From an uncultured Thermoproteaceae archaeon (GTDB taxonomy: Archaea; Thermoproteota; Thermoprotei; Thermoproteales; Thermocladiaceae): a DNA stretch of 64,000 bases. Under the pieces are notes generated by a model. That model saw only the letters and a program-made list of their open reading frames with translations. It made no database searches and had not been told where the DNA came from. The position numbers and the translations under genes are program-made. Numbering within the stretch: the first letter of the stretch is position 1; every line of letters begins with the position of its first letter. The stretch is from positions 224,001 through 288,000 of the forward strand of contig CAZNTG010000006.1 in the NCBI GenBank assembly GCA_964575955.1, in the 5' to 3' direction. Below are positions 49,701-60,906 of this stretch, piece after piece.

Positions 49701-50572
49701 ATGGTATCTCGAAAACATACGTATATAACTTTATCTAAGCTATTAAGCACTGCAACCAAACGTCTATCTCTATATTTGACATTACCCTCCAGAATTAGAG
49801 ATAAAATATTAATATTTTTCTCAGGATTTCTTAATATATCGTTAACGATTCCAAGCTTAGTTAACAAAGATATTTATCGTGTATATGATTTTCTTTGTAG
49901 AGTAGCATCATCTAGAGTATATATTGAATTTGAAAATTTCATGGTAAGGTCCTGCGATTGTGAGGGAATGCTTGTGTTTCATCCTAACTATGAGTATACA
50001 CTCACGATCACACTTCTACGTCTTTTGAAGAGAGGTTCTATCTTCGTGGATATTGGAGCACATTTAGGAAGATATACTATACTAGCATCAAAAATTGTAG
50101 GTCCTCAAGGACTTGTCATAGCGTTAGAGCCGATACCTGAAACTTACAAAGTGTTAAAGGATAATGTTAAGAAAAATAATCTAAATAACATCATAGTCTT
50201 ACCCCTTGCCGCATGGAACGTTAATACCACTCTTGAATTTACCGTACCTCCGGGTAGAAGTGGTTCTACAGCTAAAAGTTTGAAGCATGTATCAGGTATA
50301 CAACTTAGAGGAAGAAAGGTTCGTGTAAAAGCTACAACGTTAGATATGCTAATTTTAGAGAAATTAAATCTTAAGAGAGTAGATGTTATTAAAATTGATG
50401 TTGAAGGTGCGAGATTGAAGTTTTGGAAGGATCTAAAATGATATTGAGTAGATTTAAACCTAAATTGTTGATTGAGACTAGAGAACAGACATATAGTAAG
50501 GTTATCAACTTTCTTAAAGAATTTGGCTATAAAATTGTTAAGATTGATAAATCGAATATAGCAGCTATCTAG
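49701..50572 (+). pseudogene. FkbM family methyltransferase with -1 frameshift near 50410
   Basis: FVDIGAHLG, LEP, KIDVEGA, then continues in another frame EIEVLEGSKMILSRFKPKLLIE...* to 50572. Confidence 0.75.
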
Positions 50573-50589
50573 ACTATGTGTATAAAATA

Positions 50590-50639
50590 TCAGTCCTTCC
50601 CATCTTCTTCATCTGTTCTGTGTGGGTCTGCTTCATCAT
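50590..50639 (-). ncRNA. Box C/D guide sRNA (probable 23S domain V guide)
   Basis: Minus strand ATGATGA-AGCAGACCCACA-CAGA-acag-ATGAAGA-AGATGGGAAGGA-CTGA. Confidence 0.85.
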
Positions 50640-50678
50640 TAGAAATGTATTTAGTTTTGTCTTCTTGTTATAGTTTCT

Positions 50679-51272
50679 ATGTCTCATTATTTCTCTGAGA
50701 GATCTAGTTATGGTAAGTTGAGAGTTAAGTATTTTGATGTTGTTGTTAGAGGTATATATTTGAGAATTGTTTCAACTCCAGGTGTCTTCTCTTCTTCTCA
50801 TATTGATTCTGGTACTCTTCTTCTTGCTGAGAATATGGTTGTTAGAGATGGTGTACTTGCTCTAGATCTTGGTTGTGGTTATGGTATTCTAGGTATTCTA
50901 TATGCTAAGCTATGTCCTAACTCTACTGTCTATATGGTTGATATTAATGAGAATGCTATATATCTAGCGAAGATGAATGCTAGATTGAATGATGTTAAGA
51001 ATGTTAAAATTAAGAAGAGTAATCTATACTCAAGTATCGATGATTTAAAATTTGATGTTGTTATATGTAATCCACCAATATCTGCAGGCATGAATCTCAA
51101 TATTAGACTTATAGAAGAAACTTATAAGCATTTAAATGATGGTGGTATTTTTCAAGTTGTATATCCATTGAAGATGTCTGATAGATTTTACAATATTTTA
51201 AAGCAATATTTTAAAGATGTTGAAGTACTTGCTAGATCAGGTACTCATAAAGCATTTATAGCATATAGATGA
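50679..51272 (+). CDS. Class I SAM methyltransferase, RsmC/MTS-like
   Basis: HYFS, PGVFS, IDSGT, LDLGCGYG, VDIN, CNPP. Confidence 0.85.
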   Translation: MSHYFSERSSYGKLRVKYFDVVVRGIYLRIVSTPGVFSSSHIDSGTLLLAENMVVRDGVLALDLGCGYGILGILYAKLCPNSTVYMVDINENAIYLAKMNARLNDVKNVKIKKSNLYSSIDDLKFDVVICNPPISAGMNLNIRLIEETYKHLNDGGIFQVVYPLKMSDRFYNILKQYFKDVEVLARSGTHKAFIAYR

Positions 51273-51328
51273 TTTTGAGTGATGTAGTAATGCATTTATC
51301 TCTACCAGTCTAGTCTCTGCGTGTTTAG

Positions 51329-52516
51329 ATGTTGAAGAAGGAGGATATAGTAAATATCGAACTTTCAATACTTTCTCAATATTATAGGAAGAAGAATGTT
51401 GTAATTGTTAGAGGTTGGAGACAGTATGTTTGGGATATTGATGGTAATATGTATCTAGACTGTAATACTGGTTATGGTGTTGCTTTTCTAGGTCATTGTA
51501 ATGAGAAGATTGTTAAAGCAGTTATAGATCAGGTAAGTAGATTAACTATATGCTCATTAACATTTTTTAATGATGCACGTGCAAGATTTTTAAAATCCTT
51601 CTCAAGACTACTGCCTTCAAAATTTGGAAAAGTAGTTATTCAAAATAGTGGTGCTGAAGCTGTTGAAGTTGCTTTAAAAGCTGCTAGAAAGATAACTAAG
51701 AGAAGAGGAATCTTAGCATTCATAGGCTCATTCCATGGTAGAACTATGGGTGCTCTCTCAGTTACAGGTAATGAGAAGTATAGAAGACCATTTGAACCTC
51801 TAATACCTGATGTTAGATTTGCAAGATTTAACGTGGTGCACGAACTTGATAAAGTTGTTACTGAAGATCTTGCAGCTGTTATAGTGGAGCCAATACAGGG
51901 TGAGGGTGGTGTTAATCCTGCAACTAGAGACTTCTTAAGAGAGTTGAGAAGAATTACTCAAGAACGTGGTGTATTGCTAATATTTGATGAAATACAGACA
52001 GGATTTGGAAGAACAGGAAGTATATGGGCTTTCGAAAACTATGGTGTTGAACCGGACATATTTACAGCAGGTAAAGCACTTGGAGGTGGATTTCCAATTG
52101 GAGTTACAGTATTTAGTAAAGAGCTTGGAGATGTATTTGAACCTGGAGAACATGGATCAACATTTGGCGGTAATCCAGTAGTGATGGCTGCTGCAGCTGC
52201 AGCATGTGAACTACTTATTGAAGATGATGTTCCAGGAAAAGCTAAAGAGCTTGGAGAATACATAATGAAGAAGATTAGTGAAGAAATATCAACATCAAAA
52301 TACTACCTACGTGTTAAAGGTATGGGATTGATGATAGGTATAGAACTTAGAAGAGATGCAGAACCATTTGTTGATAAATTAATAAATGAGAAAGTACTAG
52401 CATTATCAGCTGGAAAGACAACATTAAGACTTCTACCACCATACTTAATAACTAGAAGAGATGTAGATGAAGAACTTATACCAGCATTAGTAAATGTTCT
52501 TGAAGTAAAGAAATGA
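51329..52516 (+). CDS. lysJ: Class III PLP aminotransferase, LysJ/ArgD ([LysW]-aminoadipate semialdehyde transaminase)
   Basis: NSGAEAVE, SFHGRT, EPIQGEGG, FDEIQTG, AGKALGGG, HGSTFGGN. Confidence 0.85.
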   Translation: MLKKEDIVNIELSILSQYYRKKNVVIVRGWRQYVWDIDGNMYLDCNTGYGVAFLGHCNEKIVKAVIDQVSRLTICSLTFFNDARARFLKSFSRLLPSKFGKVVIQNSGAEAVEVALKAARKITKRRGILAFIGSFHGRTMGALSVTGNEKYRRPFEPLIPDVRFARFNVVHELDKVVTEDLAAVIVEPIQGEGGVNPATRDFLRELRRITQERGVLLIFDEIQTGFGRTGSIWAFENYGVEPDIFTAGKALGGGFPIGVTVFSKELGDVFEPGEHGSTFGGNPVVMAAAAAACELLIEDDVPGKAKELGEYIMKKISEEISTSKYYLRVKGMGLMIGIELRRDAEPFVDKLINEKVLALSAGKTTLRLLPPYLITRRDVDEELIPALVNVLEVKK

Positions 52517-53235
52517 GTATGAACTACATAATAACAGACGAGCCAAAGAGATTAGAATATTTAATATCTAGAAAACTTGGATTTGAAATTATAAAGTTAG
52601 AAAATGCTGTACTAGATATTGAAGAATTGAAGAATCGTATAGAAAACTCCACAATACTATTAAGAATATATTCACCATACAAACTAATACCAATATCAAT
52701 AATATGTGAAAAATATGCTAAAAAAGTTATAAATAGTAGTAAACTCATAATAACATCACTAATAAGAGAATTACTATATAGAGAATTAGAGAAAAATAAT
52801 ATTCAAACACCTAGAAGATTGTACATATTTGATCTATGTAATGTATCTGACATAGCTAATAAGATTGGTAAAACTAATATGTTATTAACATTTACTAAAA
52901 CAGATATTGAAGGTGTTGTAGAAACAGCACAAGCACTTGTATCACTTATAGAACATAGATACTATATGAGTGCTGAAGATGTGAAAGTAAATTTAGTAAT
53001 TCCAAATATTGAAGATATTAAAAATATACTAGTAGTAGGAAAGGAACCTTCAATAGATATAGACATGGTTAGAAAAGTTGTAGATATACTTGGAGAAGGA
53101 ATATATACTATAACGGTAGGTAAACAGGATGGTAGAGAAGTAGTACTATATATAGATCCAGTACCAAGTATAGAAAATGATGAAGATATTGAAAAAGTTT
53201 TAGAATATTTGAAAAATATTCTAAAACTTAACTAA
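52513..53235 (+). CDS. Shortened, divergent RimK/LysX-like ATP-grasp protein
   Basis: VINS...LYRELEKNNIQTPR and LIEHR segments resemble LysX; coupled to lysJ. Confidence 0.45.
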   Translation: MSMNYIITDEPKRLEYLISRKLGFEIIKLENAVLDIEELKNRIENSTILLRIYSPYKLIPISIICEKYAKKVINSSKLIITSLIRELLYRELEKNNIQTPRRLYIFDLCNVSDIANKIGKTNMLLTFTKTDIEGVVETAQALVSLIEHRYYMSAEDVKVNLVIPNIEDIKNILVVGKEPSIDIDMVRKVVDILGEGIYTITVGKQDGREVVLYIDPVPSIENDEDIEKVLEYLKNILKLN

Positions 53236-54862
53236 CTACTCCAAGATAAATTCTAGAAACTTTACCAGTCTTGTAGTTTACAGCTATACTTACAGGATAG
53301 CCCTTCTCTAACATACAGTACTTATGTGGTGGTATTGGCAATATCTTAACACTATACTTCTCTACACCAAACACTTTACAATTTGTAACTTTTCCACTAA
53401 CTACACTACAGTCAACAGTTACCTTATCTCCTGTAGGTATTTCAAATCCAAATAATACCATTATACATACTGGTTTCCTGTCGTGGGTTACTGCTATTGA
53501 TATTGCTCTTATAGGTGATGTACAGTTATTTATTAATGTAAACTTAATCTCACTCTCGCTAAGTTTAACATTAGCTACATGTACTACACATGTCTTAGCT
53601 GCCTCAACTTTAGGAGGTGATGTCTTAAATGTGTATGTTGTTGCAATATACATCATCTCACTTAGTAGTACTGAGGATAGGAGTGGTTCAGTGCTTGAGT
53701 ATAGTGGTATTGACAGTTCTACTGCCTCTAGTGGAGTTATCTCAGTCTTTTTCAGATGTTCTAATCCTTCCAACTCACTTAAAAGCTCTGTATTTACATA
53801 GTTTGAATATTCTTTATAACCTTCAACTTCCTCTTTCATAGTAACATTAACTTTGAAGAATCCTGTATTTAGATTTCTAACATTTAGATACATGTATAGT
53901 ACTCTTCCACCTTCTGTAATACAGAATTTAGAACTTACATACCACTTATCAAGACCCATCATTGTTAAGAAGATTGAAATACTTGCTAAAGTTCTCATAA
54001 TAGATTCAATCCTACTTTCAGAAATATTCATCTCCAATGTCTTAGTAATATCATTAATTATATCTCTAATTAATGTCTTATTTGACAATATCTTAGATAT
54101 ATCTACAATCTCATTAAGATTATATAGATAGCATTTAGCACCTCCAATCTCTCTAACACCAATATATGTTACATTCTTTAGAAATAGCTCAGTTATATAT
54201 TTGATAATTAATTTACTAAGCTTCTCCATGCTTCTCACCTTGAATGCGAGTGGAACATACTGCATACCATATATCTTTGGTGTATATACTACACATTTAG
54301 ACATCTTTGTAGTATTCCTAAACTTTCCACTCACTATAGTGAATATTCCTGAAATACAAATCTCAGAGCTTCCATTAATTCTTTCAACCATAAGCACTTT
54401 AAAATCTTCACACTTCATAATTCCAGATACATTTTGAACTTTTGAATTTTGAATAATCTTTCCATTAATTACAGCTGTCAAATTTCCAATATATGTATAT
54501 ACTATCATTCCTGTCTTATTTTTTAATAATCCCCATTTGACATCTTTCATATATACATTCTCTACAAAATAAATCTCAGAAGGACCAGATAGACTCTCCT
54601 TCATCTTCTTTACATACAATATGAATGATGTCTTAATACCAGAGTATTCTCTATAGATATTTGTAACATTCTTACTAACACTCTTCATCAATAAATTAAC
54701 TAAGCTTAGAGCTTTCCTACCTACAACAGTAGTAGTCTTCTTATACGGTTTATACATGTAGAAGTAATAATATAATGATCCAGCAATAATTACAGCTATA
54801 ACTATGGCGATTACTGCTGCTAAAATAGACTTCTTCATAGAAATATTGTCACTATTTACCAC
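53228..54862 (-). CDS. Membrane-anchored extracellular hypothetical protein
   Basis: N-terminal TM anchor, many paired Cys, pilin-like C-terminal beta domain. Confidence 0.55.
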   Translation of the reverse strand: MVNSDNISMKKSILAAVIAIVIAVIIAGSLYYYFYMYKPYKKTTTVVGRKALSLVNLLMKSVSKNVTNIYREYSGIKTSFILYVKKMKESLSGPSEIYFVENVYMKDVKWGLLKNKTGMIVYTYIGNLTAVINGKIIQNSKVQNVSGIMKCEDFKVLMVERINGSSEICISGIFTIVSGKFRNTTKMSKCVVYTPKIYGMQYVPLAFKVRSMEKLSKLIIKYITELFLKNVTYIGVREIGGAKCYLYNLNEIVDISKILSNKTLIRDIINDITKTLEMNISESRIESIMRTLASISIFLTMMGLDKWYVSSKFCITEGGRVLYMYLNVRNLNTGFFKVNVTMKEEVEGYKEYSNYVNTELLSELEGLEHLKKTEITPLEAVELSIPLYSSTEPLLSSVLLSEMMYIATTYTFKTSPPKVEAAKTCVVHVANVKLSESEIKFTLINNCTSPIRAISIAVTHDRKPVCIMVLFGFEIPTGDKVTVDCSVVSGKVTNCKVFGVEKYSVKILPIPPHKYCMLEKGYPVSIAVNYKTGKVSRIYLGVVS

Positions 54863-54957
54863 TAATAAATCTTGCTAATTGTAAAACTTCTAGCTATGAA
54901 TTCTATAATTGCGATACGTTTAAAAGGGGTTTCTCAAAACATAGTTATAGACTAATA

Positions 54958-55045
<88 letters not shown>

Positions 55046-55092
55046 AGGAAGGTAGATATACTTCCTATAGACTTATATACTTTGGTGTTTCT

Positions 55093-56007
55093 GTGACTAT
55101 AACAGTAGTATTTCTTGAGCATAGGATTGAGTATTTGAAAGATTTTTATGATCTTGCTGAGCGTGGTGATGTTATAGTTCTTGAAGAACCTGATTTTGGA
55201 ATTTTAGAGCTATTGTGTAGAGGTGTTCTCGATATTGATTTTTATATAGATTTTCTATATTCAGAATTTTCGGAATATTTGAGAGAGCAGTATACGTATG
55301 TTAAGAATCTTCTTGAAAGTGGTAAGCTTGTATTTCAGGTAGAGCCATATTTGACAAAGCTTGTTGAACTTTATCACTTTATTGAACTTAAACTTTTTGA
55401 TAAGGTATTACAATTTGATGATATTTTGAAGTTTGTACATTCTGTAGAAAATTATGTTAGTAAAGCACTTGTAGAATATTATGATACTATCCTTACAGGA
55501 AGTTTTGAAGATGCTGTTAATAGTGTTATTAAGTTTGCTAAAGCTGACGCATTTAGACTATATATTAGAGATTTATTGAGAGCGTTTAAAATATGTGAAA
55601 TTCATTCGAAATATGGTAAAAATCTTAACTATATTGTAGAGGCTGGTCTTATACATAAGACTATCAGTACAATACTTGAAAAGTTTTGTAAAGATTTTGT
55701 ATATAGTGTAGATGTTAAAGATATACGTGCTAGAAAGCTAGGTATCATACTTCCATCACATCCAGGTTATGAATTGACATACATTTTTCTTGAAGGTCAA
55801 CCATATAGTGAAGAGAGGTGTAGACAATTAGCAGCTAGATGTATAGTATATACGTTAATGATTAAGAAGCAGGAATTGAGACCAGGAATTTTACAATATC
55901 CACACCTATTTGATGAATATAGAGTTCTAGATTTTGTAAATAGATTATCATATGATAGTTGTAGAAGAATATTTGAGAAGTATAGAAAGAATATTCTAAA
56001 TTTGTGA
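55093..56007 (+). CDS. Hypothetical protein
   Basis: Long ORF; GTG start chosen because the upstream in-frame start lies inside the tRNA. Confidence 0.6.
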   Translation: MTITVVFLEHRIEYLKDFYDLAERGDVIVLEEPDFGILELLCRGVLDIDFYIDFLYSEFSEYLREQYTYVKNLLESGKLVFQVEPYLTKLVELYHFIELKLFDKVLQFDDILKFVHSVENYVSKALVEYYDTILTGSFEDAVNSVIKFAKADAFRLYIRDLLRAFKICEIHSKYGKNLNYIVEAGLIHKTISTILEKFCKDFVYSVDVKDIRARKLGIILPSHPGYELTYIFLEGQPYSEERCRQLAARCIVYTLMIKKQELRPGILQYPHLFDEYRVLDFVNRLSYDSCRRIFEKYRKNILNL

Positions 56008-56021
56008 GAGAATTTTTACTT

Positions 56022-58241
56022 CTAGTATGGTGGACAGAAGTCTTCTGGTTTTGGTATTTCTTTTGGTAATCCTTTTCTCTCTCTAATCTTCAATATTAAG
56101 TCTGTTAACATTGTTTCAGGTACTGGAGCCCATCTATGGAATTGTAAGCTCCAAAATACTTTACCACTAGCAGCACTTCTCAATTCATCACTTAGTGTGA
56201 ATGATTCTATTACTGGTATTTCACCTCTTATAGTTACCATATACTCTCCCTGTATCATGTCAAGTATCTTACCTCTATGCTTAGTTATTACACCGATAAT
56301 TGCTCCAATATTTTCTGGAGTTGTCTTTGCATCTATTAGTAGTATTGGTTCTAGTAGTGTTGGCTTTGCTGCTAGAAGTCCTGCAAATATTGCATTCTTA
56401 ATTGCAGGCATTATCTGTGCAGGTCCTCTATGTGCTGGATCTTCATGAACTATTGCATCTATTATAACAACCTTAACACCTCTAATAGGTTCTTGACATA
56501 GAGGTCCACCACTACATGCCCATTTGAATCCCTGTATTAGGTAATCTCTAACTTCTTTTAGGTGTTGTACACCTACAGTCTTATTTACAAGAACATTACA
56601 GTTCTGATCATCTACACTCCATATACCACGTGCCTCATCTGTATCCCAACCTGCCTGTTCTCTAAGTATTTTAGCTCTCTCACGTGGATCTTGATCTTCA
56701 TAGATCTCACCTCTCTGTATTAGATTTATTGTCTCCTCATCTAGTGGTTCTACATATACTTTAAACTTGTTATGCTTATTTGGTGATTTACCTTCAAATA
56801 CTGGTGATCTATCTCTACATGTTTCTCTAAATCTTACAAGTGGTTGAGATATTGTGAATTCTAGCTTTGTTCTCTCTTTCAATAGCCATGCAGCAATTTC
56901 TAGATGTAGAAATCCAACACCACTTAGAAGTATCTGTCCTGTCTCTTGATCAATCTTTACTTGTAGTGTTGGATCTTCTACTGATAATTCTTTCAATGCT
57001 TCTACAAGTTTTGCAAGGTCGTTAGGATTCTTAGGCTCTACAGCTACTGTAACTACAGGTTCTGATACATATCTCAACTTTTCAAATGGTACCATTACAT
57101 CCTTATACTTCACATCTACAATTGTCTCACCTGCCTGTGCTTCATCAACTCCTAATAATGCTGCTATGTTACCTGCTGGTATCTCACCAGTCTTTACACG
57201 TGTTGGACCCATGTATAGTGATACTTGTAGTACTCTCTTACTTCTCTTAGCACCTACAAGATATACTTCTTGACCTTCACTGACAATTCCTGATAATACT
57301 CTAACAGTTGCTACCAATCCTGCATGTGGATCTTTAGTCATCTTACTTACAAGCATCACTGTTGGTCCATTTGGATCGCATTCTAACATTGCTTTTCCAA
57401 TCTCACTATTTAGATCACCTTTCCATAGTCTTGGTATTCTATACTTCTGTGCATCTCTTGGACATGGAATATGTTCAATAACTGCTGAGAGTATTGCTTT
57501 ATATAGTGGAAATTCTTGTGCAAGTTCTTCAACATATCCTTTCTCATATGCATCAATTATATTACTAAACTTTAGACCAGCTTTCTGTGCTTGTGGTATT
57601 GTTATACCCCATTTATGTAATGCTGATCCAATAATTACCTGTCCCTTACCTGGATCTATCTTCCACTTATGTTTAAACTCTGGATATGCATATACCTCTA
57701 TGAGATTATTGATCTCCTTAATTATGTCAAGAATTCTCTTCTGAATTTCTTGTGGTTCTAATCTAAGCTCTTTTATCAATCTATCAACCTTGTTTATGAA
57801 GAGTATTGGTCTAACACACTCTTCAAGTGCATGTCTTAGATATGTCTCTGTCTGTGTCATAACTCCTTCAACAGCATCAACAACGAGTATAGCACCATCC
57901 ATAACTCTCAAACTTCTAGCTACATGACCACAGAAGTCTATATGTCCAGGTGTGTCTATTAGATTAATTATGTATGGCTTACCCTCATACTCGAAGTATA
58001 GGCTTATGTTTGCAGCCTTTACAGTGATATTTCTAAGTTGCTCAACCTCATAGTAGTCTAGTACTAGAGCTTTACCTGCAACTTTTGGACTTAGAAGACC
58101 AGCACCCATTAGTAGACTGTCTGTTGTTGTTGTCTTACCATGATCAACATGTGCTAAAGTACCAATATTTCTAACTCTTTCAGGTCTTTTCATTATATCC
58201 AAGACTTCATCTATACGTTTCTCAATAACTCGAAGGGACAT
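56022..58241 (-). CDS. fusA: Translation elongation factor 2
   Basis: [35 protein letters not shown] with diphthamide His. Confidence 0.98.
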   Translation of the reverse strand: MSLRVIEKRIDEVLDIMKRPERVRNIGTLAHVDHGKTTTTDSLLMGAGLLSPKVAGKALVLDYYEVEQLRNITVKAANISLYFEYEGKPYIINLIDTPGHIDFCGHVARSLRVMDGAILVVDAVEGVMTQTETYLRHALEECVRPILFINKVDRLIKELRLEPQEIQKRILDIIKEINNLIEVYAYPEFKHKWKIDPGKGQVIIGSALHKWGITIPQAQKAGLKFSNIIDAYEKGYVEELAQEFPLYKAILSAVIEHIPCPRDAQKYRIPRLWKGDLNSEIGKAMLECDPNGPTVMLVSKMTKDPHAGLVATVRVLSGIVSEGQEVYLVGAKRSKRVLQVSLYMGPTRVKTGEIPAGNIAALLGVDEAQAGETIVDVKYKDVMVPFEKLRYVSEPVVTVAVEPKNPNDLAKLVEALKELSVEDPTLQVKIDQETGQILLSGVGFLHLEIAAWLLKERTKLEFTISQPLVRFRETCRDRSPVFEGKSPNKHNKFKVYVEPLDEETINLIQRGEIYEDQDPRERAKILREQAGWDTDEARGIWSVDDQNCNVLVNKTVGVQHLKEVRDYLIQGFKWACSGGPLCQEPIRGVKVVIIDAIVHEDPAHRGPAQIMPAIKNAIFAGLLAAKPTLLEPILLIDAKTTPENIGAIIGVITKHRGKILDMIQGEYMVTIRGEIPVIESFTLSDELRSAASGKVFWSLQFHRWAPVPETMLTDLILKIRERKGLPKEIPKPEDFCPPY

Positions 58242-58300
58242 TACTCTTCTCTCTCAAACATCTAGAGGTATTTATATCTTGCTAATCTTGAACTATAGAT

Positions 58301-59761
58301 CTAAAGACTTATATACTTGTCAATATTTTCACCATAATCAACACACTTACATACATAATCGTCAAATTTTTCATGTATATCATCTACAATTTTCAAGATC
58401 TTATTGTAAAAATCTTCACATATAGCATTCATATTTTTCAATCTCTCAAATTCTTCAAAATCTATAATCCTGACATCTTCGTTAGGTCTCTTCACAATAT
58501 CGATATATAGATCTATGTAGTATATACCACCTCTCACAGGTTCTATTGGAGTATTTATATTGACATATACACCCTTCAATTTCTTATCCTTGTTAAAATA
58601 TGCATGAACTAGATAGTAATTTCCAATACGTGCATGAGTAATAGCATAATCACCACTCTCCTTCTCAACACCAAGACCATCAAGTACACCTCCAGGTTTT
58701 AATCTTCTAAATAGTATAAATTCACCATCATTATACTCTAACACTGTTGCTGGACCTATCTTAATAATCTCACCATTAGGCTTACAATGTCTAATAACTA
58801 TCGAGTACTTCCTACTATATACATAGTCTATGAACGCTCTAGTAATATCATCTCTCCTATCTTGTACATATGATAATATGTGTTCAGTATAGTCTATAAT
58901 TGATGTCTTCTTTAAAAACATCTTAAGTGAGTGGTGATATTTTAATGTAGGTATTACACTATTTCTAACATCATCCATAAATCTTCTAAATTCTAATGAT
59001 GGTAAAATTTCAACAATACATTCACCTTCCTGAATTACTGTATATGGTTCAGATGTGTATGCTATATTTCTAATTTCATTAAATTTTTCAATAGCTTTCT
59101 CAAGTTCTTCAATGAGTTTTACCCTATCTGCATATTGTGCAGAACTTCTCCATTTAATACCATAACCACTCAATTTATCTAAAAACATCATACCTAAACT
59201 TAGAAGTTCTGCTTTTCTTTCATGATCTCTAATATGTCTACTAACATATACTCTACCACCTGGAACTATCGATACATACTCTGTATCAAGTCTTAAATCT
59301 GTACTAAGTATAATCTCTTCATCATCTCTCAATGCAGTTTTAACAACAGTTACAGGTATTACATCACCTTCACGATATAGTGGTGCTGATAGTGTTGGTA
59401 TTATACCTTCAACACCATCTCCAAGATCAACAACAACTCTACTACTTTCAACCTTCTTAACAACACCTCTAACAACTCTATGAAGTGGAATTTTACATTT
59501 CCAAACAATTATCTCACTAGATATTTTGTAGAATATTTTTAAAACCTCTTCAACAGCTTCACATTTTCCTATAAGTGTTAATGCTCCTCTAACATTTTCA
59601 GAATCTTTGATAGTTAAGTCAGGTGGTGAGTAATCTGGATTTTCAATATTAAATCTATCAACAATAACTTGAGATGGTTGTACAATTCTAAATCCACTAT
59701 CTAGTAATAATTTTGTTAATGCTGTTGCATATATTCCTCTAATCCTAACTTTAAATGTCAT
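58301..59761 (-). CDS. fau-1: FAU-1/AubA RNA-binding ribonuclease (DUF402)
   Basis: VRIRGIYATALTKLL, WRSSA, PTLKYHH, YVNINTPIE, YIDLYIDIV. Confidence 0.88.
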   Translation of the reverse strand: MTFKVRIRGIYATALTKLLLDSGFRIVQPSQVIVDRFNIENPDYSPPDLTIKDSENVRGALTLIGKCEAVEEVLKIFYKISSEIIVWKCKIPLHRVVRGVVKKVESSRVVVDLGDGVEGIIPTLSAPLYREGDVIPVTVVKTALRDDEEIILSTDLRLDTEYVSIVPGGRVYVSRHIRDHERKAELLSLGMMFLDKLSGYGIKWRSSAQYADRVKLIEELEKAIEKFNEIRNIAYTSEPYTVIQEGECIVEILPSLEFRRFMDDVRNSVIPTLKYHHSLKMFLKKTSIIDYTEHILSYVQDRRDDITRAFIDYVYSRKYSIVIRHCKPNGEIIKIGPATVLEYNDGEFILFRRLKPGGVLDGLGVEKESGDYAITHARIGNYYLVHAYFNKDKKLKGVYVNINTPIEPVRGGIYYIDLYIDIVKRPNEDVRIIDFEEFERLKNMNAICEDFYNKILKIVDDIHEKFDDYVCKCVDYGENIDKYISL

Positions 59762-59782
59762 AACCTTATTATATTGACACTA

Positions 59783-60853
59783 TTAGACTGGTTTAATAAG
59801 AGTACCTACATCACTAGTCACCTTATAACCTTCAAATCTATCTACTATATCTAGAAGTTCTCTAGATTTTAAAACATCTATAAACTTTTTAATAGAGTCT
59901 TTATTTATAGATTCTAGCCTTATTACAAAATCAAAATTTTCCCATGTAATATGTATGTAGTGTAGTTTATATTGTTCTGCTGCCCATCTAATCGCAATAC
60001 CAACATCTGCTTCTCCTCTAACAATTGCACGTACAACATCTATATGTGTTCTATACTCAGTATCTAGACCTCTAATTCTACTCTTAACTTCATTAAAATC
60101 TAGACCTCTTCTCCTACATTCTCTAGCTAGTACATATTTCAATAATGTTCTACTACCTGTACCTCTCTGTCTACATGCAAGTTTTAACTCACCTCTCAAT
60201 ATACCTTCAATAACTTCATCATATGTTAACGATCTTCTACATACAAATCCAATATCTCTAAGATAGCCTCTCACAAGTATAGCCTTATCCTCAAGCCAAT
60301 ACTTCTCTATGTATGATATATTATACCTACCTGTCTCTGGATCTAGTAGATGTATACCACATATATCAGCTTCTCCTAGAGATAGTGATGCAAGTCCAAG
60401 ACCTGAACCAAGCCATTCTATATGTGTAGTTATTGAATATCTATCTCTCAAAATTCCGAACACATATTCAACAATTGGATCATTACTACCCATATATACA
60501 ATGTCAGGTATTGTTATTTCTAAATCTTCAAAATCTATATCCCTCTTAGTAACATCTCTATAAACTTTAATATATCTATTTAGAAGTTCTTTACCAAAAT
60601 CTGTTAAACATGCACCTCCACCACCTCTACCACCTCTCTTTCTATCAATAATCCTAACTTTCAAAAATCTTTCAATTCTACTAATATACTCCCACGCTCT
60701 TGAATATGGAATACCTAGACGTCTACTAGCAGAGAGTATAGAACCATACTTATCAATGTAGTATAGAAGTCTTGCAATTTTAAGATCAATAATTTCAACA
60801 CCATCAATTTCACAAACAACTTCAACTCTAAATTTCAACCTGTTCTCAATCAT
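59783..60853 (-). CDS. ModE-family HTH regulator fused to PBP domain
   Basis: GSILSASRRLGIPYSRAW, RGGRGGGGACLT, GSND, GIHLLD, RQRGTGSR. Confidence 0.85.
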   Translation of the reverse strand: MIENRLKFRVEVVCEIDGVEIIDLKIARLLYYIDKYGSILSASRRLGIPYSRAWEYISRIERFLKVRIIDRKRGGRGGGGACLTDFGKELLNRYIKVYRDVTKRDIDFEDLEITIPDIVYMGSNDPIVEYVFGILRDRYSITTHIEWLGSGLGLASLSLGEADICGIHLLDPETGRYNISYIEKYWLEDKAILVRGYLRDIGFVCRRSLTYDEVIEGILRGELKLACRQRGTGSRTLLKYVLARECRRRGLDFNEVKSRIRGLDTEYRTHIDVVRAIVRGEADVGIAIRWAAEQYKLHYIHITWENFDFVIRLESINKDSIKKFIDVLKSRELLDIVDRFEGYKVTSDVGTLIKPV

Positions 60854-60906
60854 GAATCAACATTACATATTTCAAATTTAGGAAAATATAAGTATGGAGT
60901 GATATC

